From contig CM052817.1 of the NCBI GenBank assembly GCA_028534125.1, forward strand, positions 12,960,001-13,024,000: a DNA stretch of 64,000 nt, read 5' to 3'. This document shows, one piece after another, positions 25,637 to 39,200 of the stretch (positions are counted from its first letter, which is position 1; the number at the start of each line of letters is the position of its first letter). A program made the position numbers and the translations under genes. The notes under the pieces are model-generated. The model saw only the letters and a list, made by a program, of their open reading frames with translations. It did not search any database and had not been told where the DNA came from. The stretch comes from Lama glama. Taxonomy: Eukaryota.

Positions 25637-26383
25637 AATCATTTTTTCTTTCTGGGACCATTATGAACCATGACTGGCTGCTACTATCACTTCTAAATGA
25701 TCCACAGTTGCATAATATAAACGAGAACTTAAAAAGGATTTCAAAGTAAAGGCAAAGGAAAAGGGCAGAAATTTTCTGGATTGGATGGCTCAACTTGATT
25801 TAAGAGTAAAGTGATAAATAGAAAGTTGGTCATTTGGCAAGCAAGTAAAGGAGCACTTAATAAAACGATGCTTTTAATACGCAGATGTGCAGTGTTAATA
25901 AAGAGGCCTTTGTCATTATATCAGATTCTATTGTTGCAGTGGTCATATGTTTCTTATAACAAACTATCATCAAAGTTTTCCCCAGAGTCAACTGATTTTT
26001 TTTCAGTTGCAGTTTCTTCTAAGTTGTCAGTTTTTGAATGTGACTGTGAATTTATTTGGCCAGAAAGGGAAGAGGTTGAGAAGAGAAACTGGGAGTCAAA
26101 AGTGATTTATTTTAAGAATAATTCATGCTTGTTTTATAAATAATCTATCAATTAACTGTATCAACACACAATATAATCTATTTACTTAATTAAAATATAT
26201 GTTTTGCTTATATTCACATGAAAAGAGAAATCTAGATTCTAAAAAAATTCTGAGTATACTGTTTTTTAAAGTAAATTCAACAACATCTGAAGGAAACTGG
26301 AAACTAGATAAATACCAATGTAGCTTGCTAAAGAACACTTCAGTCTGACTAATAATCTAATTTAATTATGTAGAAGATTGATA

Positions 26384-26483
26384 NNNNNNNNNNNNNNNNN
26401 NNNNNNNNNNNNNNNNNNNNNNNNNNNNNNNNNNNNNNNNNNNNNNNNNNNNNNNNNNNNNNNNNNNNNNNNNNNNNNNNNNN
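26384..26483. other. Assembly gap (100 N)
   Basis: N run. Confidence 1.
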
Positions 26484-26679
26484 AAAAATCTGAGGAATAA
26501 TCATGAAGGAGATAATAAGAGAGCTAAAGTCAAGAGTAAAAGGTAGAGGAAGTTTTATGAAATAATAAGACACCAACATTCTACTGAAGCATAAGAGAAC
26601 AGTGGGTTAACTCTTAACTTCACTGTTGAATATTCTTTAGGGAGGAGAAGGTGGAGATTAAAATAGGCCATCCATATTT

Positions 26680-28350
26680 AAAATATAAGATAATTAATAT
26701 AAACTCTTCAAAACTAAAATTTCAAAAAACTATCTTTTCAGATCACTACTCAATAAAACTAGGGGAAAATGTACTTAAATACACCAAATAATGGACAATT
26801 TTAAATGTTCTCCTAGAAAGTGCAAAAAAATAAAAAGCCTCTGGTCAATTAAAACAAAACTGTTGTTACAAGATTACAAAACAGTTACAGTGATAATAAG
26901 CCACAGTACATCTAAGATACGAGCGTTCCTGGAAGCTGGGGCATAAGCACGGTGCTGAGTGCATTTCTTATCAAACAAGATTCCTGGGAAATAAATGAGC
27001 TAAGCCTTCAACCCACGAAGCTAAAAAAAGAAAAAGAAAACAAACCTAGAGAAAGGGGATGAAAGACGAGGAAGAAATTAATACAGTTGAAACTGAAAAA
27101 ATTTAAAAACCCAAGAGCTGACCCTTTGAGAAACAACAGCAAAATAGACAACCTTTCTAAGTAATCTGATCAAGTAAAAAGTGTGACATTATTATTCATA
27201 AATAAGAAAAAAAAACTCTTGAAACAAGTGATTTTTAATTACAATACTATGCATAATTCTCTCATATATATGATACCCCCTAATGAAATAAATGATAATC
27301 CTAGAAAAAATTGAGATTATCAAAGTTAATTTAAGAAAAAGGAGAAAATCTGAATACACCAACAATCATGTAATACATTGAAATTCTTGTAAAAGAGCTA
27401 TTCTCCGTAAAGGCATGAAATTCAGACAGTTTCTGGCAAGAGATTCTTCCAAACTTTGAGAAGGAATGATATTTTTGTGCTGTTTAAACTGTTACAAAGC
27501 TTGAAAGAAATGCCAAGTGTCACAGTTCATGTTATCAAATTACGTTGCGTGTCTCTTTAACTAATCTTCTCCTGACTCAGCCCCAAGTTGTTATGATTTG
27601 TCATATATTGTCCCTAGGATTTTTGAACAATTCTCTCTCCTCTTTTGCAAAAACTCCACTGAAGAGATCAGTTTAAATATTTTCTTGATGGAGATCAGTA
27701 TTCTCTCAGAAGGAAGAGAAGAAGAAATTCCCTCAAAACTGGCAAGAAAGAAAGTCTTAGGATTCCCTAAAACCTCAGGGATCTGCACTCTGCGCTCCGG
27801 CATGTTCTAAAAAGCAGTAAAACCTCTGAGGAAAATGGCAGCTTAAGGATCTAGGACTGAATAATGAGTGGCTTGGGAGCAACCGAAGGGCAGAGCTGAC
27901 TGATGACAAGGGGTTCCCCCGATGCCTCAGTACTTTGCAAGACCTTAGAAACTGTTCTACCTTAGTGATGGGAAGGAGACTCAAGAATAACTGACACTGA
28001 ATTCCCTGCCCACCTAGGGGCCTATGTGCTTGCAGTTGGCATTAAATTGTTTTAAAAGTCATAAAAACTGTGCTATTTCTTTCAGGACTGAGTTTGTGCA
28101 AATACCCACAACATACAGATAAAAAGAAATCTTAAATACATTTCTGATTAATTAAATCTGAGAAGAAAATGAAATACCAAAGTGGGATTAATTGTACAAA
28201 TATAAGGACAATTAGATATTGAAAAAAATCTATTTTTATAACTGATCAAATTGGTGGCCAAATTAAAAAAAAATATTATTATAATTCCAGCTGCTGAGAA
28301 GGATTTTGAAAAAAAAATCAGCATTCTTAATTGTAAAAAGTTCTTGATTG
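26680..28350 (+). mobile_element. Highly decayed L1M ORF2 relic, interrupted at about 27545-28100
   Basis: ttttcagatcac, aaaatagacaacc, gaaaatctgaatacaccaacaatc, ccaaagtgggattaatt. Confidence 0.65.
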
Positions 28351-28442
28351 AAACAAAAAACCCCAGTCAAATTAAAAATAAAAGGATACTTGCGACTGTC
28401 ATGCTAGGTTCCTTCACATACTTTAAAAAAATTTTTTTAGTC

Positions 28443-28550
28443 GGGTAGAGCCCAGTGGTAGAGCATGCGCTTATGTGCGTGAGGTCCTGGGTTCAATCTC
28501 ACTACTCCCACTAACAAAAAACAAAACAAAACAAAACAAACAAACAAAAA
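28443..28550 (+). mobile_element. tRNA-derived SINE (camelid Vic-1-like)
   Basis: A-box agcccagtggtaga, B-box ggttcaatct, (CAAAA)n tail; homologous to 47005-47143. Confidence 0.85.
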
Positions 28551-29526
28551 TTCTTAACAGTTCTATCTCTATCTTTTAGTTACAAAAATTTTAACCTGAA
28601 AAGATTAAATAACTGACCCAGAATCAGATTGTTAAATTGAGCAAGTTAGAATGGAAGTAAGTCTGTTTTCTTACAGACTTACTGCACCATTCAGTTACCT
28701 GGTCTAACAGGTAGTAAATGGCAGCAAAGAATAATTGTAACATATTTGACTGAGTCCAACGCTTCCTACGCTCAGAGTCGGAAGAGTCTGTCTCTCCTGG
28801 CACTCTTAGATGGCAGTCTTGCCTCCTTATTCGTGTTTGTTTTCCCTTGTATCAGTATTGTGCTTACAACCTATTGCAGACTCTATAAATGTTTCACATG
28901 AATGAATGAGCATTTCAAGTTAAATCTGTGGGTGGGGGTGATATGGGAAATGTTTGACAACTTTCATGGCATAGACATCAGCTAATCAGAACAGGCACCA
29001 GCCAGAAACAACCATCACGAGGGTATCAGTCTGTTCTGATAACTATCAAGCCGGTCCAAGAGTGCTCAGCTCAGCCCCTAATTTCCCCTGTCCACATGAA
29101 AAGACCATTGGAACACCAGCAGTCAGTGTGTTTAACCAGCCCCATCTACGTGTGACAAAGTTGTTTGGACTAGTGGTGGACACCAGACATAGACCTTTTC
29201 CTTCCTTACAGCCTGCCTCCTCCTCAGATACAGCGGATTGTCCCAGGCCAGAGAATAGGACTCAAAAAAACAGTATCTGTTTCCTGCAGAGTTAGAGTTT
29301 GTCATAGAGAAAAACAGATACTGAATAAAAGAATTAGTGTCTCATCCGGTGGCTGGATATTTACAAGATTCTACCACCCCTCAGGGAGATATTTTCCAGC
29401 ATATTTTCTGGAGATGCACAGGAATACTACACAAAAGGAAAGAGAATCTTGAAGCTGGACTGAGGAAGGGCAGGAATGAGGGACAGTCTTGACCTCTAAT
29501 CTTGGTTTCTAGCTCTGCTTCCTGCA

Positions 29527-30074
29527 TGTAACTGTCAGGGTTCAACCAGAGAAACAGAGCCATTAGGATATGTAGACATATACTTAAGAGTTTATTACAG
29601 GAAACTGGCTTACCCAGTTGTGAGGGCTGGCTAAGACGTCTCCAGCAGGCTGCCTCCACATCTAATGCTGGAGCCCAGAGTCCCCAGGGCAGGGAGTCTG
29701 GAAGAGAAGATCAGCAGCCTGCTGGAATGCCATGAGCTCCTCAACAGAGGACTGAAGCTTGTGTGCATTCTTATCACCACTGCCCTCATAACGGGCATCT
29801 TCCAGAAGCCATGTCCCTCTCCCGAAGTGCTGAACACACACACGTACACACACCTGGCCAAGAAGTAAGAGAACCGAAAGAAGATCCAAGGGGAAGGGAG
29901 AGCAACAGTAGGTCCAGCTGCTGCTGCACACCAAGGAGGTAACTCAGCAGAACAGCAACCACATACGTGTCCTACCAAATGGCTGCTGCCTTCTTCCTCT
30001 CTCCTAATGAAATATACCAAAACAGGGCATTCTGGGAGAGAGAATTCAGCCTAGACAGATTGACACATTACACA
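29527..30074 (-). mobile_element. ERVL LTR (MLT2E/F-like)
   Basis: tgtaactgtcagggttcaaccagagaaacagagcc...ttcagcctagacagattgacacattaca. Confidence 0.8.
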
Positions 30075-30363
30075 TCTTTGATGCTTATAACAATAGTAAG
30101 TAATGATAATTCCCAACTCTCTCAGGAGAGGGATGGAAACTGTGGGAAATGACAGAAGAGTGGAAGCTATATGGAAATCCTAGAATCAGATAACAAATAA
30201 TACAAAAAGCATACTAGGAAAACAGCACATAATCATGGCATTTTATACTTGCCAACAAAAGGTATTCAAATAACTTCATAATCGTGAGAACTACTAGAGG
30301 GCAGAATTCGTCACACGAGCTTGTATTGTATTTCTTAAATTGCTTTGAAAATAGGACAGAAAC

Positions 30364-30365
<2 letters not shown>

Positions 30366-30403
<38 letters not shown>
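30366..30403. repeat. (GT)n microsatellite
   Basis: Perfect GT run. Confidence 1.
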
Positions 30404-30404
<1 letters not shown>

Positions 30405-31189
30405 GAGGGTGGGGAGAGTTGGTGGTATCCTTTAGCCTAAACGGAAGAATTGAAGTTGATCACTTCTCAAGATTCTTTCCAACTGCATGATTGTATTATA
30501 AACCAAAATTTCTTTAATCGCACTTATTCCTGTGATTCAATTAGCTTATTCATATTAAGAATCTTTTCAGTCTTAAAAAATATATCCATAACTTATTGGC
30601 TGGAGCAAGTGTTTTCCATGAAATGCCACAGAACAAAAAAAGTAACTTTCAAGAGGAATAAGTGTTTCCAAAATCTGACTTGGAACAGATATGCAATACG
30701 TCTGCTGCTTATGAAAAGCATGCACGATCTGACCTTAAAAGTAGCTTCCTGATTTAGGTAAAATGACTCAGGGTTAAACTTTAAAAATGAATAAAAGCTG
30801 AGCCTATCAAACTTCTCCCAATTGCCCTAGACAGCTTCTCTACTGGGCGAGATTTGAATGAGAAATGATGTCTTTGTTTGATACAGTGTACCTCCATGTT
30901 CTGAGGTATTGTGCCACCAACTTCAAATTCATAATCAACTTCAGAGCACATTAAGGGCTAGTAATCATTAAAAGAGATCCCATTTTGACAAACACATTCA
31001 TACAACCTTGCTCTGGCCTTAATTTGATCTTCTCAGGAGAATGAGTATTAAAAAAAAAAAACAAAGGAAGGGAAAATAATTCAAAGAATCTAATTTTATT
31101 TGTGGACTTACTGTCACCATTTTAATTATATATGTCCATTGGGAAAATACAGATATTTGCACAAGTAAATAAATTAATTAAAAGCACCA

Positions 31190-31280
31190 GAATTGAAAAT
31201 GAATATATGAATACTCATGTATGACTGAAGCATCATGCTGTATGCCAGAAATTGACACAACATTGTAAACTGACTTTACA
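31190..31280 (+). mobile_element. Lineage-specific L1 3' end fragment
   Basis: gtatgactgaagcatcatgctgtatgccagaaattgacacaacattgtaaactgact. Confidence 0.85.
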
Positions 31281-31659
31281 TATAATATACACACATATAC
31301 GTATAAAATATATAGATAGATATGGAAATGTGTTACAGCTAAAGAATTTGAGATCTTCAAGAGATGACGTAATTCTTTTAAGATCACACTTAGTCAAAAT
31401 TCAAACCTAACAAGTCTGTCCCCAGGCTTATGCATTATTTACAAGATTCAGCTTAGGTCAAAGAGTTTTATGTTGGATTTGGGAACCAATGTGTAATACT
31501 CAAAGACACTAATCTTTCGCTAGCTACAGTTCTCCAACATATGTGTTCCCCAGGCACCTCTCAGGGAGTAGTTACTGGTTTAAAAAAATCAGATAATCTT
31601 GGGTGCCAGGATAAATATCTTCACTTACCACATCAGCCGAATCATTCAGCTCAAACCAC

Positions 31660-31920
31660 ATAAGGTTGTCTTCATACCTTGGCTGTTGTCAATAATGCTG
31701 TGATCAACATGAGAGTGCAGGCACCTCTTTGAGACAGTGATTTCATCTCCTATATATCTATACCCAGAAGTGGGATTGCTGGATCATATGGGGGTTCTAT
31801 TTGTAATTTCTTGGAGAACCCCCATACTGTTTTCCACAGTGGTTGCACCAATTTACATTCCCACCAGCAGTGTGTCAGTGTTCCCATTTCTCCACATCTT
31901 TGCCAGCATTTATTATCTCT
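31660..31920 (-). mobile_element. L1 ORF2 C-terminal fragment
   Basis: atacccagaagtgggattgctggatcatatgg...aatttacattcccaccagcagtg. Confidence 0.9.
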
Positions 31921-31974
31921 TGCCTAATCCATTCTTGAGGCAGCTTCCTTACAAAGTGTCCTAAGATGTACTTT

Positions 31975-32209
31975 TTTTTCCATATATATATATATATGTA
32001 TTGCCAGTTTAAAATGTGTCAATTTCTGGCATACAGCACAATGCTTCAGTCATATATGAACATTCATGTATTCATTTTCATATCCTTTTTCACCATAAGT
32101 TACTAAAAGATATTGAATATAGCTCCCTGCACTATACAATATGAACCTGTTGTTTATCTGTTTGATATATAGTAGTTAGTATCTGCAAATCTCGAACTCC
32201 CAGTTTATC
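31975..32209 (-). mobile_element. Lineage-specific L1 3' end fragment
   Basis: tgtgtcaatttctggcatacagc...agttagtatctgcaaatctcgaactccc; possible TSD aagatgtacttt/aagactatacttt. Confidence 0.85.
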
Positions 32210-33798
32210 AAGACTATACTTTCAGGGATCATTTCTACAGTTTGTTACTAGGATGTATTTTAAATGAAGCTTGCATAATTGTCTTTTCAATCTTACCAGT
32301 TTCACTTGCCATTTTTAAAGGGTTAAATTCTAAAAAAGATGAGTCTGTTCTCAGTTGCAGCTGTTTACTGGGATGGGGAGAGATTTCCTTACATCGATCC
32401 TCCTAGACTGTATTGCTCGCATCATCCTTACTTGTATTCCCACCAAAATGTGAGCTTCTTGAAAGGAGGGTCCGTGACTCTGGCCCCCTACTCTTAGGCC
32501 AAACTCACCATCCCATCTGCCACATTTAATAAACAATCATTGAGTATAAGAATAAATGAATGAATAAGTGATACCACTGTTACACATTTTTATGAACATA
32601 GGAAAACACACCGCACTCTAGTGATTTCAAAATTGAATGTGCAGTCATACCTTATTTTCAGAGATCAAACTTGCAAAATTGAACATTTGCTGAGCTATCC
32701 ACCTGCCACCTCCCATTAAACATATCCCAAACTGAACACATCATTTTCTTCTGTTGCTTTGTGTGAAATCTGTTTAAATTACTTCAGCATCCTCAGCGCA
32801 GTATGTTCATCCACAGCCTAGGTCAATCAATCGTCCTAATCCAGAAAACTCCCCCAGGGTGGGTCTTGGCGTTGAATTAAAACATAGAGTTACTTGAAGT
32901 AACTTAACTGTCTTTTTTTTCCCAAACAAGATCAGATGTTTTGCTAATTAGTACAATGGATATTAAGAGGGAAATTTTGTTTGTGAAATGATTGGTATTC
33001 AAGATATGTAAATGAGCTAGAACAAATTTTAGGAAGCCAAAGAGACCTATAGGAATAATGCTCTTGGCTTAAATCTGAAAATTCCTCAGAAGATTCTTGG
33101 ACACCTCCTTCCAGCTAGATGGTTGGCTAAATCCTGCCACGAGGATATTAGTGTGTTTTCCTCCAGCAAACGTTTTATGAAAGCTGCTATAGGAGTCCTT
33201 AAAAGGACAAAGATCCAGAGCTGCTTACACTTACAGAACAGGCTGGATGTCCGTGTTTTTAATCTGATTGATGATAAATGCATAAATATAAGGCAGCATT
33301 TGTCTGAGAATGCTTTCTTTTTAATCTAGGAATAAGAGTGATTGAAGGACCCCTATAATCCTCACCTATCCAGAATTATTGGAGACTACAAATACTTACC
33401 AAAAATAATCTAATATAAACATGAACCATCAAACATTTGCCTACCTTCATATTCCTTAGCACAGCCAGGAAGCCTCCATTCAAATTGTAGAAGCCAGAAA
33501 TCGAGACATTTCTGTGACAGCTCCTCCCACCTGGCCCCATATATAATTTAATATTGAGTCCTATGATTCCTCCCTAATGAATTGCAAATTTATTCATTTT
33601 TCTTCAATCCTAAAAAAACTCCCCCAGTTCAGGCTCACAGGACTTCTCCCATGGACTGAGGCAACTGAGTCTTACTTAACTCAGGTCTCTGGTGAGTCTC
33701 TTGCTCTACTTTCTACATTGCACATGGAATGATTATTCTAAAATTGAATTTTGATCATGGTATACCACATCTCAGTTTAATGCTCTCAGTTCCTTCTC

Positions 33799-33859
33799 TT
33801 TTTTTTTTAACATTTTTTACTGATTTATAATCATTTTACAATGTTGTGTCAAATTCCAG
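33799..33859 (-). mobile_element. 61-bp young L1 3' tip with TSD
   Basis: Perfect 15-bp TSD tctcagttccttctc at 33784-33798 and 33863-33877; poly(T). Confidence 0.9.
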
Positions 33860-35119
33860 TGTTCTCAGTTCCTTCTCATTATCCTCAGGATCACGTCCTA
33901 ATGCTGACGGGCTGACAAAGTCCTCAAGAAAGACACTTGTGACTCTGTCATTGTGTTCCCTTTAGCAAAAGCACAGAGACACGAAGTAGCACAGCATTTC
34001 TGAGGAACTTCCAACTCTTCTGCGGTATCTGAGGTGGAGTGAAGGTGGCAGAGTGATCCAGGGTTAGGAGAGGTTGGTGATGGCCACGTCATGTGCTTGC
34101 GCTGTATTGCATCTGAGTTTGTTTTTTCATTTGACTTTTTTAATTAAGAATTTCAACATCTACCCTATGAAGATAGTCTAAAATTAAGCAAAAGTATTAT
34201 AGGTTTCCAACAAGTATTATAATTCTTCTTCTTAACTTAATCATTGCATTCCTTAATATGAAAACAAGCTTACAGATAATTAGTTGGGAGTTAGTGTGAT
34301 TCAATGATTTCCACTTATTAAATGACTTGCCTTTACCATGACTGCTTTGGTGCATTCAAAACAACGGTCTTAGTTGAAGAATGATCTTAAAACATTTCTT
34401 AGGACCATAAATGAGAAGTTGTTGTTTTTCATTCCCCTCTCCTTGCTGTTAATAGTAAGTATAGCTGTCAGAAATCTGAAAGAACATCCTTTGACTTTTA
34501 CCATGTCATCTTCTCTGACATACCGAAGCTTTACAGAAGCCAAACTTTGACAAGTTTCCCTCGTTCATCATAAACGAGGAAGAAGGAAGAGGAAAAGGAG
34601 GCAGAAGAGGAGAAAGATAAGAGGGAAATAGGGCCATTTAGCATTTAAAATTGCTCCACTTTTTGGGTTTTAGCCTAATTTGAGGTTTCTCTGTGAAATC
34701 TTCGTTTAGCAATTCCCAGGTCTACACAGCGTGGTCAGCGCACTGGAGCAGAGAGATGCTTGGTGGTGTCAGTTCTAATCCCTGGTGGGGTCGTAACAAC
34801 GCTGAGTGCTGTTGAATTATACTTGCAAGTTAAAGTCTGTAGTTTGGATCGTGTGGTAGCAAATAAATAATACAGAACTGGGATGAACAACGCAGATTCA
34901 CACTGATGTCGCTGTACAAACACATGCTACAGGTCCACAAGCACTAAAGCAACTTTAGTCAATTTCTTTATCATGATATAGAAGTATCCATTTATTCATA
35001 ATTACTATAAAGTCCTACCATGTATCAGTGTCGAATTTTTCTAATACTTTTCCAGTATTTATAAAAATCATCATACGATTTTTATTTGTTCAGAGAGAAT
35101 GTTGAATTACTATTAATAG

Positions 35120-35500
35120 TATCAGCCAGAATAATCTAAGCTCTATATATTTTCAGTAAGAAAATCACCACAAATCCTGTCAGATTAACACAAGAAAATC
35201 TTTTCTTGCTCGCATGAGAGGCTTAGTGTGTGGAGTCAGGGGGACACTTCATGTAATCTCCTAGGAATTCAGGCTGACAGAGACGTCCCCTTAACAGCTG
35301 CCACAATCACCAGAGCAGCAGGAAGAGAATCTGGAAAATCAGGCTGGTTTTAAAGTTTCTGCCCCTAAGTAACACATGTCACTTCCACTCACGTTTCATC
35401 AGGTCACTCGTTCATGCCCAGGTTTAAAAGGAGCAGAAAAGGGAAATCCCAGGTGTCAGAGGAGGGATCCAGAAGGAATTTAGTTACTGTCCCAACATCT
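35120..35500 (-). mobile_element. Old MaLR LTR (MLT1-like)
   Basis: caggctgacagag...aagtaacacatgtcacttccactcacgtttcat. Confidence 0.65.
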
Positions 35501-35527
35501 TTGCATTCATAAAATAAACGTTATTTT

Positions 35528-35777
35528 ATGTTTTAGTCAGGGTTTGTTAGAGAAGCAGAATCAATATATATTATAATTACGTATATTATGTTATTGAATG
35601 TATATATATGCCCTTCCCAATAGGTTGGAAAGGACAACCTGCTTTACTCAGGTTACCAGCTCAAATGGTAATCTCATGCAGAAACACTCTCACAGACGCA
35701 CCTAGAAATAATGTTTGACCAAATATCTGGGTACCCTATGGCTCAGTCAAGCTGATATTATAAAACATACCATCACA
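35528..35777 (-). mobile_element. MLT2-like LTR, internally deleted
   Basis: tgttttagtcagggtt...ccaaatatctgggtaccctatggctcagtcaagctg...ccatcaca. Confidence 0.8.
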
Positions 35778-35799
35778 CTTTATCAGGTGTACCATAATA

Positions 35800-38700
35800 G
35801 TAATATAGTTCTATTATTTTATCACTATTTATTATCTATGTATTATTTTATATAGGATTTTTAAATCTATAGACAAAGCAGCTTCTCAGAGGTTTTTTCG
35901 GACGTACTTGGTTAAATAGCAGTTTCATTATTATTGTAATTTTTAATAACTAATTGGAAATCTGTCCTGTTTTCTTCCGGGACATCTTTCAAAGCAGAGC
36001 AAATATTTGTTCTCTGAAATCTTGAAAAAACCCCTCCATGGAAGTGTTGCAGGCAGGCTCCCTTTGGGGCGTTAGCATTTAGAAAACGTTCCTAATTTTC
36101 CCAAATGGATGTGTCTAATCAGGTTGACCACTCTTTTTTTAAAATGTCTTTTTCAGCACACTGTAGCTTTCTACAAAATCACATGTCAAACTTTGCTGCT
36201 ATTGTCACACAGTATCTCCAGGCTTTTTCTGTCCACTTTCTATCTGTGACTATATCCTTCCCTTATCGCAATGTTATGTATTTTTCCTTCCACATTTGTG
36301 TATTTCACTACTGTTTTTGAAGAAGTAGTTTTGTAATTCTGTTTTTCTATATCATTTACCCATTTTTTCCAGCTCTATCAATTCCTTTATTTTACTGTTT
36401 TCCTAGCTTCTTAATATATATTATTTATGTTTCTATAAATATAAACACATTACATATAGATTATTTATGTTCATCCATTATAGTTTGTTATAAAAGTCAT
36501 TCTAAAAAATTTCTTTTATTTTTTTTTCTCAGTACAGTTTTGACCACTTCTATCAAGTGTAAATATGTGGTAGTATCAATATCATTTGGATAGAACAGTA
36601 TCTTGACATAGGTATCTGTATATCTGTATATCTGTATGTTTATGTGTATATCTGTATGTATATATGTATAATGCATATACATGAAATGTCTATTTTCTCT
36701 TTGATTAAAAAATTCTATTTAGGAAATCTTCCTTTGTTTCCAAGTGGTCTTATTTGTGAAGGTGTGAGCGTGTTTATACTTTTATTATCAGTCTCCAATT
36801 TTATTGCATTTTGGGAAAAAAGAACATGTGATGTGCAGTTTGTAATTTGGTAGAGGTATTATAAAGCTATTCCAAGATCTAATATGCAATTTATCTTTGC
36901 AGACATTTCATATCTATTTTAAATAGATGTGTATTTTTACACTATTTGCATTATATTGTCAGGTTTATGCATTATGCAATTCAGTTTTCCGTTGGTGTTT
37001 TGACTATTGTATCTGTCAAAGACCAAGAGGGCAACTTCGAAGTTTCTCACTATGATTTAAGTTTTGTAAAACTGTTTTGTTAGTTCTAACTTGCTTTATA
37101 ATCACAAACTGTTAGTTGTTATGTAAAAATTTATAGCCACTATATAATCACTACAGATTATGTATTTACTTTCTACAAATAATCCCTCTTTTACTAATTA
37201 AATCATTGAGCTTTAAATTCAGTTCTCTTCGATAGAGTAGTACTACCCTTTGTTTCTTTTTATTTGAATGTACCCAATATGTATTTGCCCAACCCTTTTT
37301 AAATATTGTGTTTCATCATTTTTGTGCATTTGTTATGTACCTAGTAAATATCTGAATGTTATTTTTTGATCCAGTTCAGACTCTTTAGTTCTTGTTAAGG
37401 AATTTTATAAATTCCAGAGAAGACAGAGAGGATGAAGGGTAAGAGATTCCTCATTTGAAAACTAGCACCAGGGATTTTTTGACTCCTGGTCTTTTAAGAA
37501 GAACAAAGCAATAAATCCTACACGTCTGCTTAAACAACTCGTAACTGTGTTTCTGAACTTGAAGTCAAATTAGTCTCACTTGCACTTCAGATAACTCTGA
37601 CTAATGAATTCCACTGCCTTATAATACACTTTTGGCTCCTTATTCTTTTTTTATCCTGTCTTTTGCTATCTCTCCAGTGTTCCCATTGCTTTATATTGTC
37701 TCCAAAGGTTTACAACTTGACTTATTTTCACTGTAGCAGTGGGTGCCTCTGTATTTAAAATGGTGAGCCTCTGTTTTTCTTCTAACATAATGATTCACTG
37801 TAGAAAGAATCATTTATTCTGCCTCTTTGGGTGAGGAACTTGTCTGCTGTATTCCTCTCTTCCACAACCAACAATTCTCACGTGATGGAGAATTACCTAG
37901 AAATTTACAACCAGATTGTTAATACTAACTTAATTTTTATATTAGGCATTTAGAATAACTGTGTCATATACATTTGAACAATTGTTTGACAATCAGCTCT
38001 CAAGTTTTACTGTGCTTATAGCCCCTTCTCTTACAGCCAGTTTGCTCATAAGTGAGATCATTATTTTTATTCATTTATTAGATGAACAGAGTAATTATAT
38101 ACATATATATATATATGAAAGATACTCTGATTCTTTATTTTATGAATACTTAAAAGTGTATTTGTTTTCCTTTTTGTATGTATCAAGTTTGGCTACATCA
38201 AAACACACAAAAAGATTGCTTAAGATACATTAAAGTTTATTTCTCTCTCACATAAAAGAGGCCTAGGCATAGGAAGTCCATATCTGATCTGGTAACTCCA
38301 TGAATTTTAGTGGTGACCCAGGCTTTATACTCTGCCGCCCCTGGAGCAAAAGCATATTCATGACCCAAGATTGTTGCTCAAGTGCACATGCACTTTCCAA
38401 GCAGAAGAACAGAGGAAAAGACAGATGAGAAAATAAAGTTATTATTTTCTTTTAAGGAGAATTCCTGGAAGTTTATGCAATTCCAGTTACATCTTATTGA
38501 ACCAATAGGAAGGAAATTGTCACATGGACTCACATAATTGCAGGGAAAATTAAGAAATACCCTTGACTAAAGTTGAAAAAGAGAATGGAAATTTGAAAAT
38601 GCATGTAAGTTCTGGCCACATAACTAAGTATTGCTTTTTATGAATAAAGTTTGGGAGTAAAAAACTTTCTTTCTAAAAATTTCTGTCAATATTGTTTAAC

Positions 38701-39200
38701 TATACCTATCTTAACAGAAGAGCAATTATCCAGTTTTTCTCTTTTGTAAGAAATATCTCATTTTTCTCTCCTCAACCATGCATAATTTTTGAAATTGCTA
38801 TTTATCTCTGAAATCATAAAAATTCAAACATGTGTACACATATATTTTTCTTTATTATTTGAATTCAATAATCCCCTTTATTCTTAAGATTACAGCCTTT
38901 CGTCCTCGAAAATGTCTTTTTATTAATTTGATTTTTGTCTCTTCCATTCTGCGTGTACTCTCTGGCATTTGTACTATAAATAAATGGCTTTCTTACAGCT
39001 CTACCCTCAGTAACATCTTTACTCCCTTATATTTTTATTTACTTCCAGAGAATTTCTTTAACTTCTTTTCTAAGTCACTTACTAATTCATTAATTGACTT
39101 ACATTACCTCATTTATCTGAGATTTGCTTTAAATAATTCAGTAATGCTATTTGTCCTTAGGAACAGCAGTTCCTATCTCAGGTTATGCCATATTGGTACA
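35800..39200 (-). mobile_element. Fragmented antisense L1ME-like relic(s); MLT1-like LTR inserted at about 38178-38620
   Basis: T-rich strand with L1 antisense motifs (aattttattgcattttggg, gaagtttctcactatgatt); MLT1 aagtttatttctctctcacataaaag. Confidence 0.55.

Noticed and set aside
28443..28510. tRNA gene
   Set aside because: Has A and B boxes but no intact acceptor stem, an A-rich tail and a second copy: a SINE.
28985..29040. Hairpin atcagaacag...ctgttctgat
   Set aside because: Stem of only 10-12 bp; likely a hAT MITE remnant, too short for a miRNA precursor.
33235..33263. Minus-strand 29-nt micro-exon (CAG|...|GTAAGT)
   Set aside because: Poor polypyrimidine tract and no partner exons.
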